Positions 43,567-55,788 of a stretch of 64,000 bases of DNA are shown piece by piece. Origin of the DNA: Azolla caroliniana (lineage: Eukaryota > Plantae > Polypodiophyta). The first letter of the stretch is position 1. Every line of letters starts with the position of its first letter. The translations under genes and the position numbers were made by a program. The stretch is from assembly GCA_043228905.1 (NCBI GenBank), contig JBHGNT010000015.1, positions 1,302,001 to 1,366,000 on the forward strand, written 5' to 3'. The notes beneath the pieces are model-generated. The model did not search any database, was not told the origin of the DNA, and was given only the letters and a program-made list of their open reading frames with translations.

Positions 43567-46500
43567 CCTCCCTTGCCGCCTTTCACGTCGGGTTCACCAA
43601 ATATGTCGCGTTGTTACGCGCGTGCGTGGAGAAAGGCGGGACCACGGGGGTCTTGGACTAGGGAGTGACGGAGCGTAGGAAGCCGTGCTTCACCGCTTCC
43701 GGGGCATCCTAGAAGCACGCCGGAAGCAACCGAAGGGAGAGAGAGAGAGAGAGCTTAACACCGACTCACTCACACACACACACATGCTGACCCGCCTCAC
43801 GCCCTTATGTACAGGAAACACAGGAAAAGGGGAAACACCCGACACCAACATAGACGCGAATATACACAGACAGACGCAACGTATATATATATATATATAA
43901 AAGGAAGAATACATTCCCGGCGTCGAGCCGGACCAAGGTAGGTTACAGTAGTCGTCAGCTGCCAAGCCGCCGGTCGGGGAGCTCACGGGCTCGTCGCGCC
44001 GAGCGGGGTCTTGCACAGGAGATGAGTTGAAGCAAACCCTAAACGAACACGAAGGGGGGAGAAGAAGAAGAAGAAGAAGAAACTAACTCTAAACCTAACG
44101 GTATACCCTCTAATGCAAAATGGGCAACCCCTTCACAAAGGGCGTTCCCTTCATTTTATAGAACAAGGAGAGGGATGCGTTACAATGTGGGATAAATCCT
44201 GACTTACATGGGATCGTCTGTCCTGACTTGACTACTCTTCGGCGCCGTAAAGGCGCCCTCGATATTCACACTAAATGTACATGGGTGCATACACACGCTG
44301 CACCCCGCCGAGGTAGCCAATGTTTCCCCAGTTTCCGCCTCTGGCCGAAATTCTTCACGACACCGCGTTCTTCGCAAGGTGGATGGCCCTTTGACTGTCG
44401 CAATAGAGCCGGTATTCCTCTTGCCGAATCCCTAGCTCTTCGATGAAGTCCTTCATCCATAGTATTTCCTTGCCGGCTTCCACATCTGCCTTGTACTCTG
44501 CTTCCATGGTTGACAACGCAACCACCTTCTACAGCCTTGACTGCCACGAAACAGCTCCCCCCGCATATGTCATGACATATCCGGATGTTGACCGGCTGGT
44601 ATCCGCATCAGCTGACATATCCGAATCGGTGAACCCGTCAAGTAGGGGTTTGTCGGAACCGAATTGGAGACACATAGATGAGGTGCGTGCCTTTCAAGTA
44701 CCGGAGTATCCATTTTACCGCATTCCAGTGCTCCTTGCCGGGATTGCTCATAAACCGGCTCACCACTCCAACTGCATATCCGATATCCGGTCGGGTACAC
44801 ACCATTGCGTACATTAAGCTCCCAATGGCAGAGGCATATGGTGTCTTCATCATATTCGCCTTCTCTGCCTTCGTTTTCGGGCTTTACTTACCGGATAACC
44901 TGCAGTTTGCCGGGAGTGTCGATCTGACCGGTTTCACATTTGACATGTTGAACAGCTGAAGCACCTTTGTCACGTATTTCTCCTATGACAGCTAAAATTG
45001 CTTCTTTGACCGGTCCCAGATGATATGCATCCCTTCTATCTATCTTGCCGGACCCAAGTCTTTCATTGAGAAGGTCCAATTCAGAGCCTTTTTCAGCATC
45101 TGTATCTTGACTTGGTCTCTTCCGACGATCAACATGTCATCCACGTACAGGAGGAGTATCAGGAAGTCTCCACCTTCGAACTTCTTCACAGATATGCAGT
45201 GATCGGCCTGCGTCTTGTGGTACCCTTGATCGGTCATGAAGGAGTTGAACTTCCGGTACCATTGTCGGGGAGCTTGCTTTAAACCGTAGAGGCTCTTCTA
45301 CAACCGGCAAACCAGGTGCTCCTTCCCTTTCTTCACAAACCCCGCCGGTTGCTGCATGTAGATCTACTCTACAAGGTCGCCGTAAAGGAACGTCGTCTTC
45401 ACGTCTAACTGCTCTACCTCGAGGTCCATGCTTGCCGCTATGCTCAGCACCATCCAGATGGAAGTCATCTTTACTATCGAGGCAAATATCTCGTCGAAGT
45501 CCACTCCCTTCTTCTGCTGGAACCCCTTCACCACGATCCTGGCTTTGTACTTTGGGGGGTTGCCGGCATCTCCCGGTTTCAACTTGTACACCCACTTGTT
45601 CCGAAGTGCCCTCTTTCCTTTCGGCAACTCCACCAATTCGTATGTGTGGTTATCATGCAAGGAATCCATCTTGTCATGCATGGCACTCAACCACTTGCGG
45701 TTGTAGGTGTCCTCCTTTGCTTCTTCGAAGCTTTCCGGCTCCCCCTCATCGGTTAGCAACATGCACTCTACATCCGGAAATCTCCTAGGGGCCCTTCTCT
45801 CTCTGAGAGGATATCTGGCTTTCGGCAACCGGCTTCTCTATTTGTTCTTCATTCGAATCCGATTCGAGATCTTGGTCGGTTCCGGTTCCTACTTCCTCTT
45901 CTTCTTCCTTTGGCGGTTCGGTGTACTCTCCGTAACTGGCCAGTTCTTCGAGTGTTAACCGGCTTTTTGCCGGTTGGGTCTGCACATCATCGAATCGATT
46001 CTTACCGGTCGACTCGGAGTTCATTATCTTTTCTCTGACTCCCAATCGGCAAGGGTCTTGTCCTCCATGAAGATAATATCTCGACTCCGGAAAACCTTCT
46101 TGTTGACCAGATCCCACACTCGGTAGCCGAACTCGTCATCGCCGTATCCGAGGAATATGCAAGGTCGGGACTTTGGATCCAACTTTGCTCTCCGGTCCTT
46201 TGCAACATGCACCTAAGCAAGACACCCAAACACCTTCAGATGCCGGTAAGACACTTCCTTACCGGTCCGCACTCTCTGCGGCGTGTCTCCGTCCAAGGGT
46301 ATTGAGGGTGATCTATTTATCACATACGTCGTTGTCGACAGTGCCTCAGCCCAAAACGTCTTGGGTAATTTTGCATGTGCTAGCATACTCCGGAACCTCT
46401 CCATTATGGTCCGGTTCATCCTCTCGGCCAACCCGTTTAGTTCCGGCGTCTTTAGCACGGTAAATTTGAGCTGGATTCCCTTCGAGCGGCAGTACTCCTC

Positions 46501-48512
46501 AAACTGCCTCCGGTATTCTCCTCCATTGTCTGCTCAAACCGCCTTCAACTTTCGGCCGGTTTCTCTTTCCACTCTTGCGTGGAGCTCCTTGAAGACGGAT
46601 AACACCTGATCCTTCATCTTCAACGGTGTGGCCCACAGTTTCCGGTTGTGGTCATCTATGAACATCACGAAGTATTGTGCTCCGGCATGTGACTTCGTGT
46701 CCACTTGACACACATCGGTATGCACCAACTCCAGTGGTGCATTACATCTCATCGGTGGCCTTGATAGGAAGGAGGTCCGGTTTTGCTTACCGGCCAGGCA
46801 GTCGATGCACCTCTCAAGATGCACGTCCTTCACCGGAATGAGGTTGTCATCGGCAAACCTCTTCATCCCCTTCACGCTCATGTGACACAGTCTCTTGTGC
46901 CACAGCTCACCGGCAGTGTCCGATGCCACGTTCACTTCTTCCCGGCATAACCGGGCATTCATCAGGTACAATGTGTTGACTTTCCGGGCCTGAGCCACTA
47001 TCAAGCTCCCCTTGCTGAACTTCATGACACCGTTCCGGATGCTACCCGTGTTGCCTTCATCATCTAGTCGACCGGCTGATATCAGGTTTAGTCGAACCTC
47101 GTGTCGGACATCGTTCAGCAACAACTTGCATCTGGTTGGTGTTGTCAACGACACGTCTCCTATGCTGACAATTTGGCATGTACCTTCATTCCCCATCCGG
47201 ACACAACCGTGCTCACTGACTGTGTAGGATGAGAAGCATTTCCGGTCTGGGGTAAGGTGGAACAACGCTCTGGAATCCACAACCCACGTTGTCTCGTCGC
47301 CGGCAAGGTTTAACTCACTTTCCTTGGTGATGAGCATCAACTCTTCTTCACTTGCCGCAATTGCCGTCGTTCCCTTCCGGTCCGGTCCCCTCTGGTATTT
47401 ACCGTTCCGGTCTAGTGACCACTTCGAATCGGTATTGTCAGTTCCTTTGTCTTTCCGAAAGTGCCGATAGTTCTTCTAGAAGTGTCCTAGCTTGCCGCAA
47501 TAGAAGCAAGTAGGCCTCCCCCTTGACTTTGACCGTGTACCCGACTTTTCCCGGTTCTGGGGACTACAGTTCCTTTGTCTTCCATGTTCCGATTCGGTAA
47601 GGAGCGCTTTAGAGTCGGAGCTCGTATCCTTGTCTTTCCAATGCACCTCCTCATCTAGCAAGCTCGACTTGACTCTTGCTAGGGATAATTGTTTTCCTTC
47701 CGGCCCGGCGTTGCCCAAAGTGACAACTAACGTCTCCCAGCTATCTGGGAGGGAATCGAGCTGGAGCAATGCTAGTACCTCATCGGCGAGAGTTACTTCC
47801 AACGATGTTGGCTGGTGAATCAGCCCCTGGAAGGCATTCATGTGCTCCGCCATGCTGGAACCATCTTGGTACTAGAGTCTTACTAGCTTCCGGAATACCG
47901 AAACCCGATTAACAACATTTTTGTTCTGAAACATAATGCCAATCTTCTCCCAGAGCTCATGAACCTTGCTCTCTTCATTAAAATTGTTGTACAGGCTAAT
48001 GTCGATGAAGCACCGGATGTATGTTGTTGTCTTCATGTGCATTACCTCCCACACCGTGGCATCAATCTTGTCCGGTCCTTGTCCCCGAACAGAACCGGCA
48101 ACCAAAGATCTTTCACCACGAGCATGTCCCGCATCTTCAACTTCCACACTGAGTAGTTGGAGCCGATGGGCTTGAACATGCCTCCCAATGAATCGTCCAT
48201 TTTCTGTGTCGTTTCGCTCTGATACATATTGACACGAAATAAGCGGAATATTACTCGGCCACAACCAAGTCTTAGATCATGTCGTTTAGAATCGAACACC
48301 GAGAATGGGAATGGAGGTGAATACACGTACACACAGACAATATGAGAGAGGGTACACAGTATGTTTGCGTGGAAAACCCTAAATGGGAAAAACCACGGGA
48401 GTCCACAAACTCCAACTATCACTATGTCGAGAGGAATACAACAAGTGAACACAAAGGCAACAACCTCTTGCTCACAATCTTTGCCTGGCGGCAGTTACAA
48501 CAGAGACTCGCT

Positions 48513-48558
<46 letters not shown>

Positions 48559-50027
48559 TACGCTCTGTACAGCAGTTACACCAATAACTCTATACAACAA
48601 AATAATGACAATCACTCTATGATACACACACTCTGTTTTCCCTAGGTCATATTTATACTAATATGACATTAGCACTATTTACAGATATAGCCCTAGTGGG
48701 CTCTCTGGAACATATTTACATATATGTCCCTTCATCCAGTGAGAGGTTCTCACCGGGCCTACAACATTCAGTTCTCACCGGGCCTGCATCATCCGGTTCT
48801 CATCGGGTCTTCCTTGCCGGGTTCCCATCATCCGGTTCTCACCGGGCCTTCATCATCCCATCCGGAGGGACGGAGATCCTAACACCTGTGTCTACCCCTC
48901 TCGATTGTAACCTAAAGATTGATGCCAATTCTTGAACCGTTGAGAGCGAGCCGACTCAGTATCGACAACTGATCGGTAGTTTGATCTATCTAACCATTAC
49001 GCGACCCGACCTCAGTTATTCGGTTGGCCTACTTAGCCAATTCATGCAGAATCCACGAAACCTTCATCTTGATTGTGCTAAGAGGATATTATAGTATGTC
49101 AGTACGACAATGGCTTACGACATCATGTATAAGTCGAACACGACTATTCGACTCAAAGGGTACACCGATGCGGACTGGGCAAGCTATAAAGCGGATAGAC
49201 AATCCACCTCCGGTTTTGTCTTCTCCCTCGGTAGCGGAGCAATCTCTTAGAGCAGCAAGAAACAGCCGACAATCACATTGTCGAGCACGGAAGCCGAATA
49301 TAGGGGCGCAGCAGTCGCCACATGTGAAGCCATGGCTTAAACGCATACTAAAGGATCTAGGCGTTCCCATCAAGGATCCAATTCGTCTCTACTACGACAA
49401 CATGAGCAGTATCTACCTGGTGCGGAACCCCGTATTCCACGCACGGACTAAACATATCGAAGTGCATTACCACTTCATCCGCGAGCGCGTACAGGCTGGC
49501 GAGATCGATCTCCACATACCAGTTCGGCAAGCACCTACAAATATACCAAAACTATTCTATTTCCTAATATTACTCTAATTTTTATACTTGGAAAAATTAC
49601 ATTTAAATTCTGCCATGTCATATTCATACAATTTTTTTTTATTGTTCATACTCTTCGACTTCAACTTCGACTCCAACATAGACTCCTTTTCACATTCGTC
49701 CGACTCCAACCATTTGACTGCGGGTAGCCGACCAGCTAACACATGGCACACCCCTGGGACAGTGCCTTGCATGGTCGAACCCTGCCCTTTACTCCTGGTC
49801 GTCGACTTCATCATTGTCAGCTATCTATTCCTCCTCAGCCGGGTCATCGTCGTCGATGTCTCTTGCCTCCTCTTTCAGTATGTCAAAAAGTGTCGGCTCC
49901 TCTTGCACTTGAACTTCAACGTCAGCCGAATGAGGCTAGTTTTCTATGTGAAGCTCCTCTTGCGGCCACCATGTCGATTCTACCTCAGCCTCCTCTTGTT
50001 CGATGTCGCCTCCTACGTTGTTGACTA

Positions 50028-50595
50028 GTACCGTTTGGGTCGATTCTTCTTGAGATGGTTCGTCGCCGTCGGTTGCCCCCAATTCTCTTGACTACTGACG
50101 AGGTTCCTTCTCATAAGCGTTGAGCTCCATCGCAGTTGTCATGTGCAAGTCATCATATTCTTCCATAAGCTGAGTGATTTCCTCCCTGTGGTGTGTTGAC
50201 AGCTCGTATATGTCATTAGTGAGCTCTTCCTAGACTTTGGTGATATTGGCTTCCTCCATTTTGAAGAAGCCTTGACCTTGCTTCTTCAGATTTTCATAGT
50301 CGGCTCGTAACAGTTGTAATTCGGTAGCTTGGACCGACCACGTCTTCCAGCCTTTTTCCAAGGATTCGACGACCATCTGGCGCGTCTTGGCCTTGTGAGC
50401 AGATAAGATGAGGCACACTTTTCCCTCTCCCATGCTTACTTTGTATTGCATAGTGGCCAATTCCTTGCGCATTTCGGCAAGTCGAATTTTTGTCGAACCT
50501 TGGTCGAATTGCAATTTTGCTTCTGCCACTATTAATGCCAACCTCTTTTGTTCATACTTTGTTGCATGTTGCTCATATTTCATTGTCATTTCCAC
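50028..50595 (-). pseudogene. Unassigned coiled-coil ORF remnant
   Basis: 121-aa E/K/Q/L-rich ORF at 50230-50595; the frame continues past single stops (EELTNDIYELSTHHREEITQLMEEY). Confidence 0.4.
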
Positions 50596-50599
50596 CTAC

Positions 50600-53520
50600 G
50601 GTCCGAGCCTAGTACGTAGGCATATTCCTTGGAGTTAGTGTCAGTCACTTGTATGACCATTGAATTACATGTCAGTACTTCTGCTAGTCCTTTTAAGGAC
50701 TTGTATAAAAAGTGTTTTGTAGGACATTTGTATGTACAGAGTGTCATTATCTTGAATTGAGTTTATGCTATTCAACGCTCTCTGTCTCTCCTGTATATTG
50801 CGTATTCTTAAGCTTCCATTAAACCTTCATTTCTATTTTATTGTTGTTATCTGGCTGAGCTGGTTTATCTAAGCTTCTGCATATTAACTTTCACATGGTA
50901 TCAGAGCACGAGGGTTGAGAACCTCTGCTTGAAACAGAAAAACCCTAATCACCGATAAGGAGTAGAAGGAAGATATGGACAAAAGCATGGCGAGCTCGCT
51001 TCCAATAGAAAAGCTTCATCGGAGCAATTATGCGTCCTGGTCGTATAAAATGCACCAATGCCTGATGGGGCACGAATATTAGAGCTACGTGGAAGGAGCA
51101 ATGTAGCAGCACCGGATTCGACACACAAGGACTTCTCGGCATGGGAACAAGGAGTGAGCAGAGTGTTGTACTACCTCGCGTCTTGTGTGCACGACCAGAT
51201 GCTCGACTACATTAGGGATGCAAAGTCACCAAAGGAGGTCTGGGAAAATCTCCGGAAGGTTTTCGCCGCAAGTACCATGGCTCGGAAGTTGCAACTCCGG
51301 CAAGAGCTCAACAATATCCAACAACAGGACGTGTCGGTTAGCGACTACACCACCAAGATCAAGGAGATCTGCGACGCGCTCAGGTCCATTAACGTGATAG
51401 TGGACGAAGACGAGATGGTCCAGATATGCCTTGGTGGTCTAGCACACCGGTACAGGCCAATTCAGACGGCAATTTGCAACCAGGAGAAGCCACCGTCCTT
51501 CTTCGACCTGCAATCGATGTTGATGGTCAAAGAAAACCACGCAAGTGGGTCGAGGACCACTCAATCAGACAACATGATGTTGTACACGGAGGCGGATCGG
51601 CCTCGTGGGCGTGGAGGACGAGGTGGGTCAGCACGCAATAGCTGTAGTCGGCAAGAGTAGAACTGAAGGCACAAAGATAGTGTCGACATGAATTTTGGAT
51701 CCTCCACAAGCAGGGGGAGTCAAGGCGGCGCTGGAAACCAGCAATCGAAAGCCGACATGGAATGCTGGTACTGTGGCAAAAAGGGTCATCGGGAAAGAGA
51801 GTGATGGAAGAAGCGCGTTGATTCGGATACATCCGGATACGGTAAGGCCAGACAAGGGAACAGACAAAGCTCGGACTATGCAAAAGGATTAGAAGGATCC
51901 GGAACCTGTAAGACCGGAAAAGGGCCAACCTTTGTGATGAAACACAAAGTGAACTCGATAAAGAAGACCACTTCCGGATTGGAGGAAGTGTGGTACATTG
52001 ATTCCAGAGCATCCGACCATATGAGGAGCCATGAAGAGTGGTTCTTGTATCTGGAAAAGCCGGAGTAACAAGGAGTTGTCGAAATCGGAGATGACACTCA
52101 TCACCCGATTGTGTGTGTCGGAGAAGTTCCCTTGAGTCATGTCAGACAAAAAGGAAGCTTATGAATGTCCTTCACGTCTCGACAATCACAAAGAACCCAG
52201 TGTCGATCGGGCAAATCATCGAGGAAGAGGGCAAAGTCATTGCGCAAGGGCGCCGAGATGGGAGGATGTTCATCCTCGACACCAACGACGTCGGCACCGC
52301 TCTATTTGCAAAGGGTCCAAAGGTTGAGTCCGATATCGACTTATGGCACAAGCGGATCGTCCATGTCAATTATCAGAGGCTTCAAGACCTGCAATCGAAA
52401 CATGTTGTTTTTGGATTGCCGAAATTCAGTGGCTAGAAGGCCTAAATTTGTGAAGCATGCCAACTTGGAAAGCAACACCAGCTTCCGCTCCCCATCGAAA
52501 GAAACTGGAGCCATAACAAGCTCGACTTAATACATTCGGATGTTTGGGGACCGGCACAAAACGTTAGTCTTGGCGGGAGCCGATATTTCGTCTGCTTCAT
52601 CGATGACTACAGCCAGAAATAAGTGAAGTCTTCGATTGTTTCCAAAACCTACAAAGCCTTGTCGAACGAGAAACGGAGAGAAAGATCAAGTGCCTACGGT
52701 CGGATGGCGGAAAAGAATATTTTTCCGCCAAATTCAACGGTTACTTGCAACAGAAGGCAATTCGGCGAGAATTCAGTTGCAGATACACACCAGAACAAAA
52801 CGGTGTGGCCGAAAGGAAGAATCGGTCGATTGTGAAGGCGGCACGGGCGATACTGGAGGAGAAGAGCATGCCCAAGTTCTACTGGGCCGAGGCGGTCAGG
52901 ATGACCGTTTACATCCAAAACCGGATAGGGGATAAGGTGTCAGCACACAAGTTGTATTTCGGGCGGAAGCCGAATTTAAGGCACCTTAGGATATTTGGTA
53001 GCATTGCCTATGTGCATGTGTTGGATGAGAAGTGAAGAAAGCTAGATCCAAAGTCGGAGAAGTGCATACTAGTCGGTTACTCACATGACAGTCCAAGTAA
53101 GCCATGATGTCAAGTTTGATGAATCGGCATCCTGGTACTCTCTACCAACTCCGACCCGATTCCGGAAGTTGAGTCTAGTGAGCCGAAAATGATCCGGGCA
53201 GAAGAAGAAGAAGACTTCGGTACTCTAGACAAGAGTCTGATTTCAATCCCGGACCGGCTAAGTGGGTCGCATGAGCCACTAAGTCAGATCCACCAGTCAA
53301 ATGAAGAGTTGGCGAGTAGTGGAGAATCAGTCATGCATTCCTAGCGTAAGGAACCGAGGAGAAGGTTCACCCGGAAAGAAAAAGGAAAGAAGAAGATGTC
53401 GGAATACGACACTGGCAAAGACGAGCCGGATCAGAACGAATCTAACTCCCAGCAAAACACAGACTGACGCTCAGAGACGAAGTCCGAGCTGGCCAAGAGT
53501 CAACTTGAAATCAACTAACA
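50600..53520 (+). mobile_element. Truncated Copia element G, same family as C
   Basis: LTR remnant to 50895 is a reverse-complement homolog of 20126-20430; PBS TGGTATCAGAGC at 50896-50907; gag/PR/IN remnants; breaks before RT. Confidence 0.9.
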
Positions 53521-53812
53521 AAAGTTTGATTGTTTATCAAATCGGTCGATCCGCTCAACCGAGAGAAGGTTGGTCTCCTGTTGGAGACAGATGAACAACT
53601 CACGACCGATTGGGCCATGGTTACGAGGGTTTACAACCGTTTTGACGAATGGTACAAATGGAACAACGAGGGAACGACATTGGCAAGCTTGAGAACAAGC
53701 GCAGAAAGAGTGGGGGATGTGCCGACTCGGTCGGACGAAACGAGAAGACGGCTCGAGTCGGGCCCAATCCAACCAACATAGTCGATGGGTCGTCAGGAGG
53801 TGTGGCACTAGA
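53521..53812 (+). pseudogene. Isolated gag fragment of the A/D Gypsy family
   Basis: LFIKSVDPLNREKVGLLLETDEQLTTDWAMVTRVYNRFD vs A gag LFVKSVDERDREQVGLLLETEDGLTTDWAAVRKVCGRFD. Confidence 0.85.
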
Positions 53813-54551
53813 CCTGAACGAAGTGATACCGAACATCAATATGCTTCCAGGCGTTATGATGAACCGGGTTTTTTGACAAGGCGACAACACTCTAATTGTC
53901 GGTGTAGACAACTAGAGCCGAATTGGGATTGTCTTGTCAAAACGTACATGCCAACCAACCAAGCCATAGAGCCTCTTTCACCGCGTTGGACGCCACTACA
54001 TATTTGGCTTTGGCGGTTGAACTGGCCATGCACTCCATAAGTGTCGACTTCCATGAAATTGCTCCATTGCCGAATTTGAAGCAGTATCTGGTTGTTGACT
54101 TTCGGTTGTCCACACAGTCGTCCGAGTCAATGTAGCCGACTATGCATGAGTTCTTGTTCGAGCCAAAGAGGATGCCAAGGTCTTGTATGCCCACCAGATA
54201 TCTGAATACATGCTTGACTCATGCGACCATGCTAGAGCCGAATTGGGATTGTCTTGTCAAAACGTACATGCCAACCAACCAAGACATAGAGCCTCTTTCA
54301 CCGCGTTGGACGCCGCTACATATTTGGCTTTGGCGGTTGAACTGGCCATGCACTCCATAAGTTTCGACTTCCATGAAATTGCTCCATTGCCGAATTTGAA
54401 GCAGTATCTGGTTGTTGACTTTCAGTTGTCCACACAGTCGTCCGAGTCAATGTAGCCGACTATGCATGAGTTCTTGTTCGAGCCAAAGAGGATGCCAAGG
54501 TCTTGTATGCCCACCAGATATCTGAATACATGCTTGACTCATGCGACCATG
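53813..54551 (-). pseudogene. Copia RNase H fragment carrying a 320-bp tandem duplication (53912-54231 / 54232-54551)
   Basis: VGYIDSD...RKSTT...AISWKS...KEALWL...KNPVHH..KHIDVRYHF; the two copies differ at about 4 positions. Confidence 0.9.
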
Positions 54552-55466
54552 CTCTTGACAACTTGTTGAGTTGTGCCTCGTCTTTCTCTAAGTTTCTTTC
54601 GTGAAGTTCATAACTATCCTCGCCATCATTTCCATGAAGTCTTCTTCTTCTTCCATCCCCGTCCTACCTTGTCACCCTTTCACGTTGAGTTCACCAAAGA
54701 TGTCGTGGAAATCCATATCTTGCAAGTTGAACTAGGGAGGATGGAGACAGGTGAGTTGTGCTTCATTGGCATTGGACACTCCATCTAGGTGCCTGAATTG
54801 GTCATCTTCCTTTCATCTCAGGCTATCGTGCAGTTGGCATTTCCAGTGGTCGTTGGTTCATATGAAACTCGCTTGGCCAATCAGGCATTGGTAATCTAGC
54901 TCATTTGGATTCAGTCAGCCAGATGTCGGTGTTGAATATTGAAGTTGTTGTTGTAGAAGGTTGAGGACTTGTCAATGTGTCTAGCAAACAATACAAGTAG
55001 CAAGCAAGATACAGTTATGCACTATGACAAGTTTCACGAAGATGAAAAATGGACAGTTGCAAAGAGAGAGAGAGAGAGAAATGTTTAAGCTAGAGAGACT
55101 ATCTTGCATTGGCCACCGATCTATCTTGACAAGGTTAGTTACCTACTTATATAGTTAGGTTAACTATGTGTTCACACTAGAGATACAAGGTGGCCAGAGT
55201 GGGACAACAGTCGGTAGTCGGCCGGGTCGTTTGGCTGGTTTTAGCTTGGTTGGCCAACTTAGTCTTGTTTGGCCCGCTTGGCTCGAAGGATTCAGCACAT
55301 CCGACCGAATTGGATTCGACCAAATCGGGTTGTTGTTCGAATGAGTCGGCAGATCATCGAATATACTTGCCAGAGGCTTGGCATGCCAAACTCGATGGGC
55401 ACGACACGTTCCCATGAACAGTCAACAGTGGGACACTACTACAACGTATACATGGGTTCCACGATC
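54552..55466 (-). mobile_element. 5' remnant (LTR, PBS-Trp, gag start) of a second E-like element
   Basis: LTR-like TGTCGTGGAA(54701)...TTCCACGA(55464); PBS TTCACGTTGAGTTCACCA at 54679-54696; ATG 54656 gives MEEEEDFMEMMARIV...QQVVKSMV, similar to E gag MESEDDDLAEMVAEVV...QQVVERVV. Confidence 0.75.
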
Positions 55467-55788
55467 TCGAAATAGTGCTTCGTAACGGCTCCATCTCCTT
55501 TCTGGCTGCCGCGAAGCGCCGGATGTGACCAAGGGAGGGAGAAAAGGGAACATCCAGATTTCCAAGAAAGAAAGAAAGAAAAAATGATATATTAATGTCT
55601 TCTAAGGCCAAAATTGGCCCATGAGACAAATGGTTTACAACAAAAAATGGGATATTTACCCATTCATCGAAAGTAAAAATTAAAAATAAAAATAGACTTT
55701 TAAGCTAAATAGTTTTAGTAAAATAACAACATGTTCTATATAAAAAACATGTTCAACAATGAAAAATGATGTTATACTAGGCCTAATT

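Larger units (their letters stand above)
32390..44362 (-). mobile_element. Gag-only non-autonomous LTR retrotransposon E (TR-GAG-like, about 5.0 kb without D)
   Basis: 5' LTR 43604-44362; 3' LTR 32390-32409 plus 39363-40108; perfect tRNA-Trp PBS at 43582-43599; A-type PPT; 4-bp TSD CCGT/CCGC; internal 3.5 kb holds a capsid-like ORF and tandem repeats, with no PR/RT/IN motif seen. Confidence 0.9.
31732..48884 (-). mobile_element. Copia element F (Tork/Tnt1-like), full length but decayed, host of E and D
   Basis: LTRs 31732-32178 and 48230-48884 (TGACACG...CCTAACA); 5-bp TSD CCTGT at 31727-31731 and 48885-48889; PPT at 32181-32188; degenerate iMet PBS at 48216-48226; gag-pol remnants 48200-44363 plus 32389-32190. 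Confidence 0.95.
27588..49515 (+). mobile_element. Copia element H (5' LTR 27588-28172), split by element F, 3' end lost
   Basis: PBS TGGTATCAAAGC at 28173; gag-pol 28275-31731 resumes in frame at 48890 (ECKP|VSTPLDCNLK); RNase H continues to about 49515; no 3' LTR found. Confidence 0.92.
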
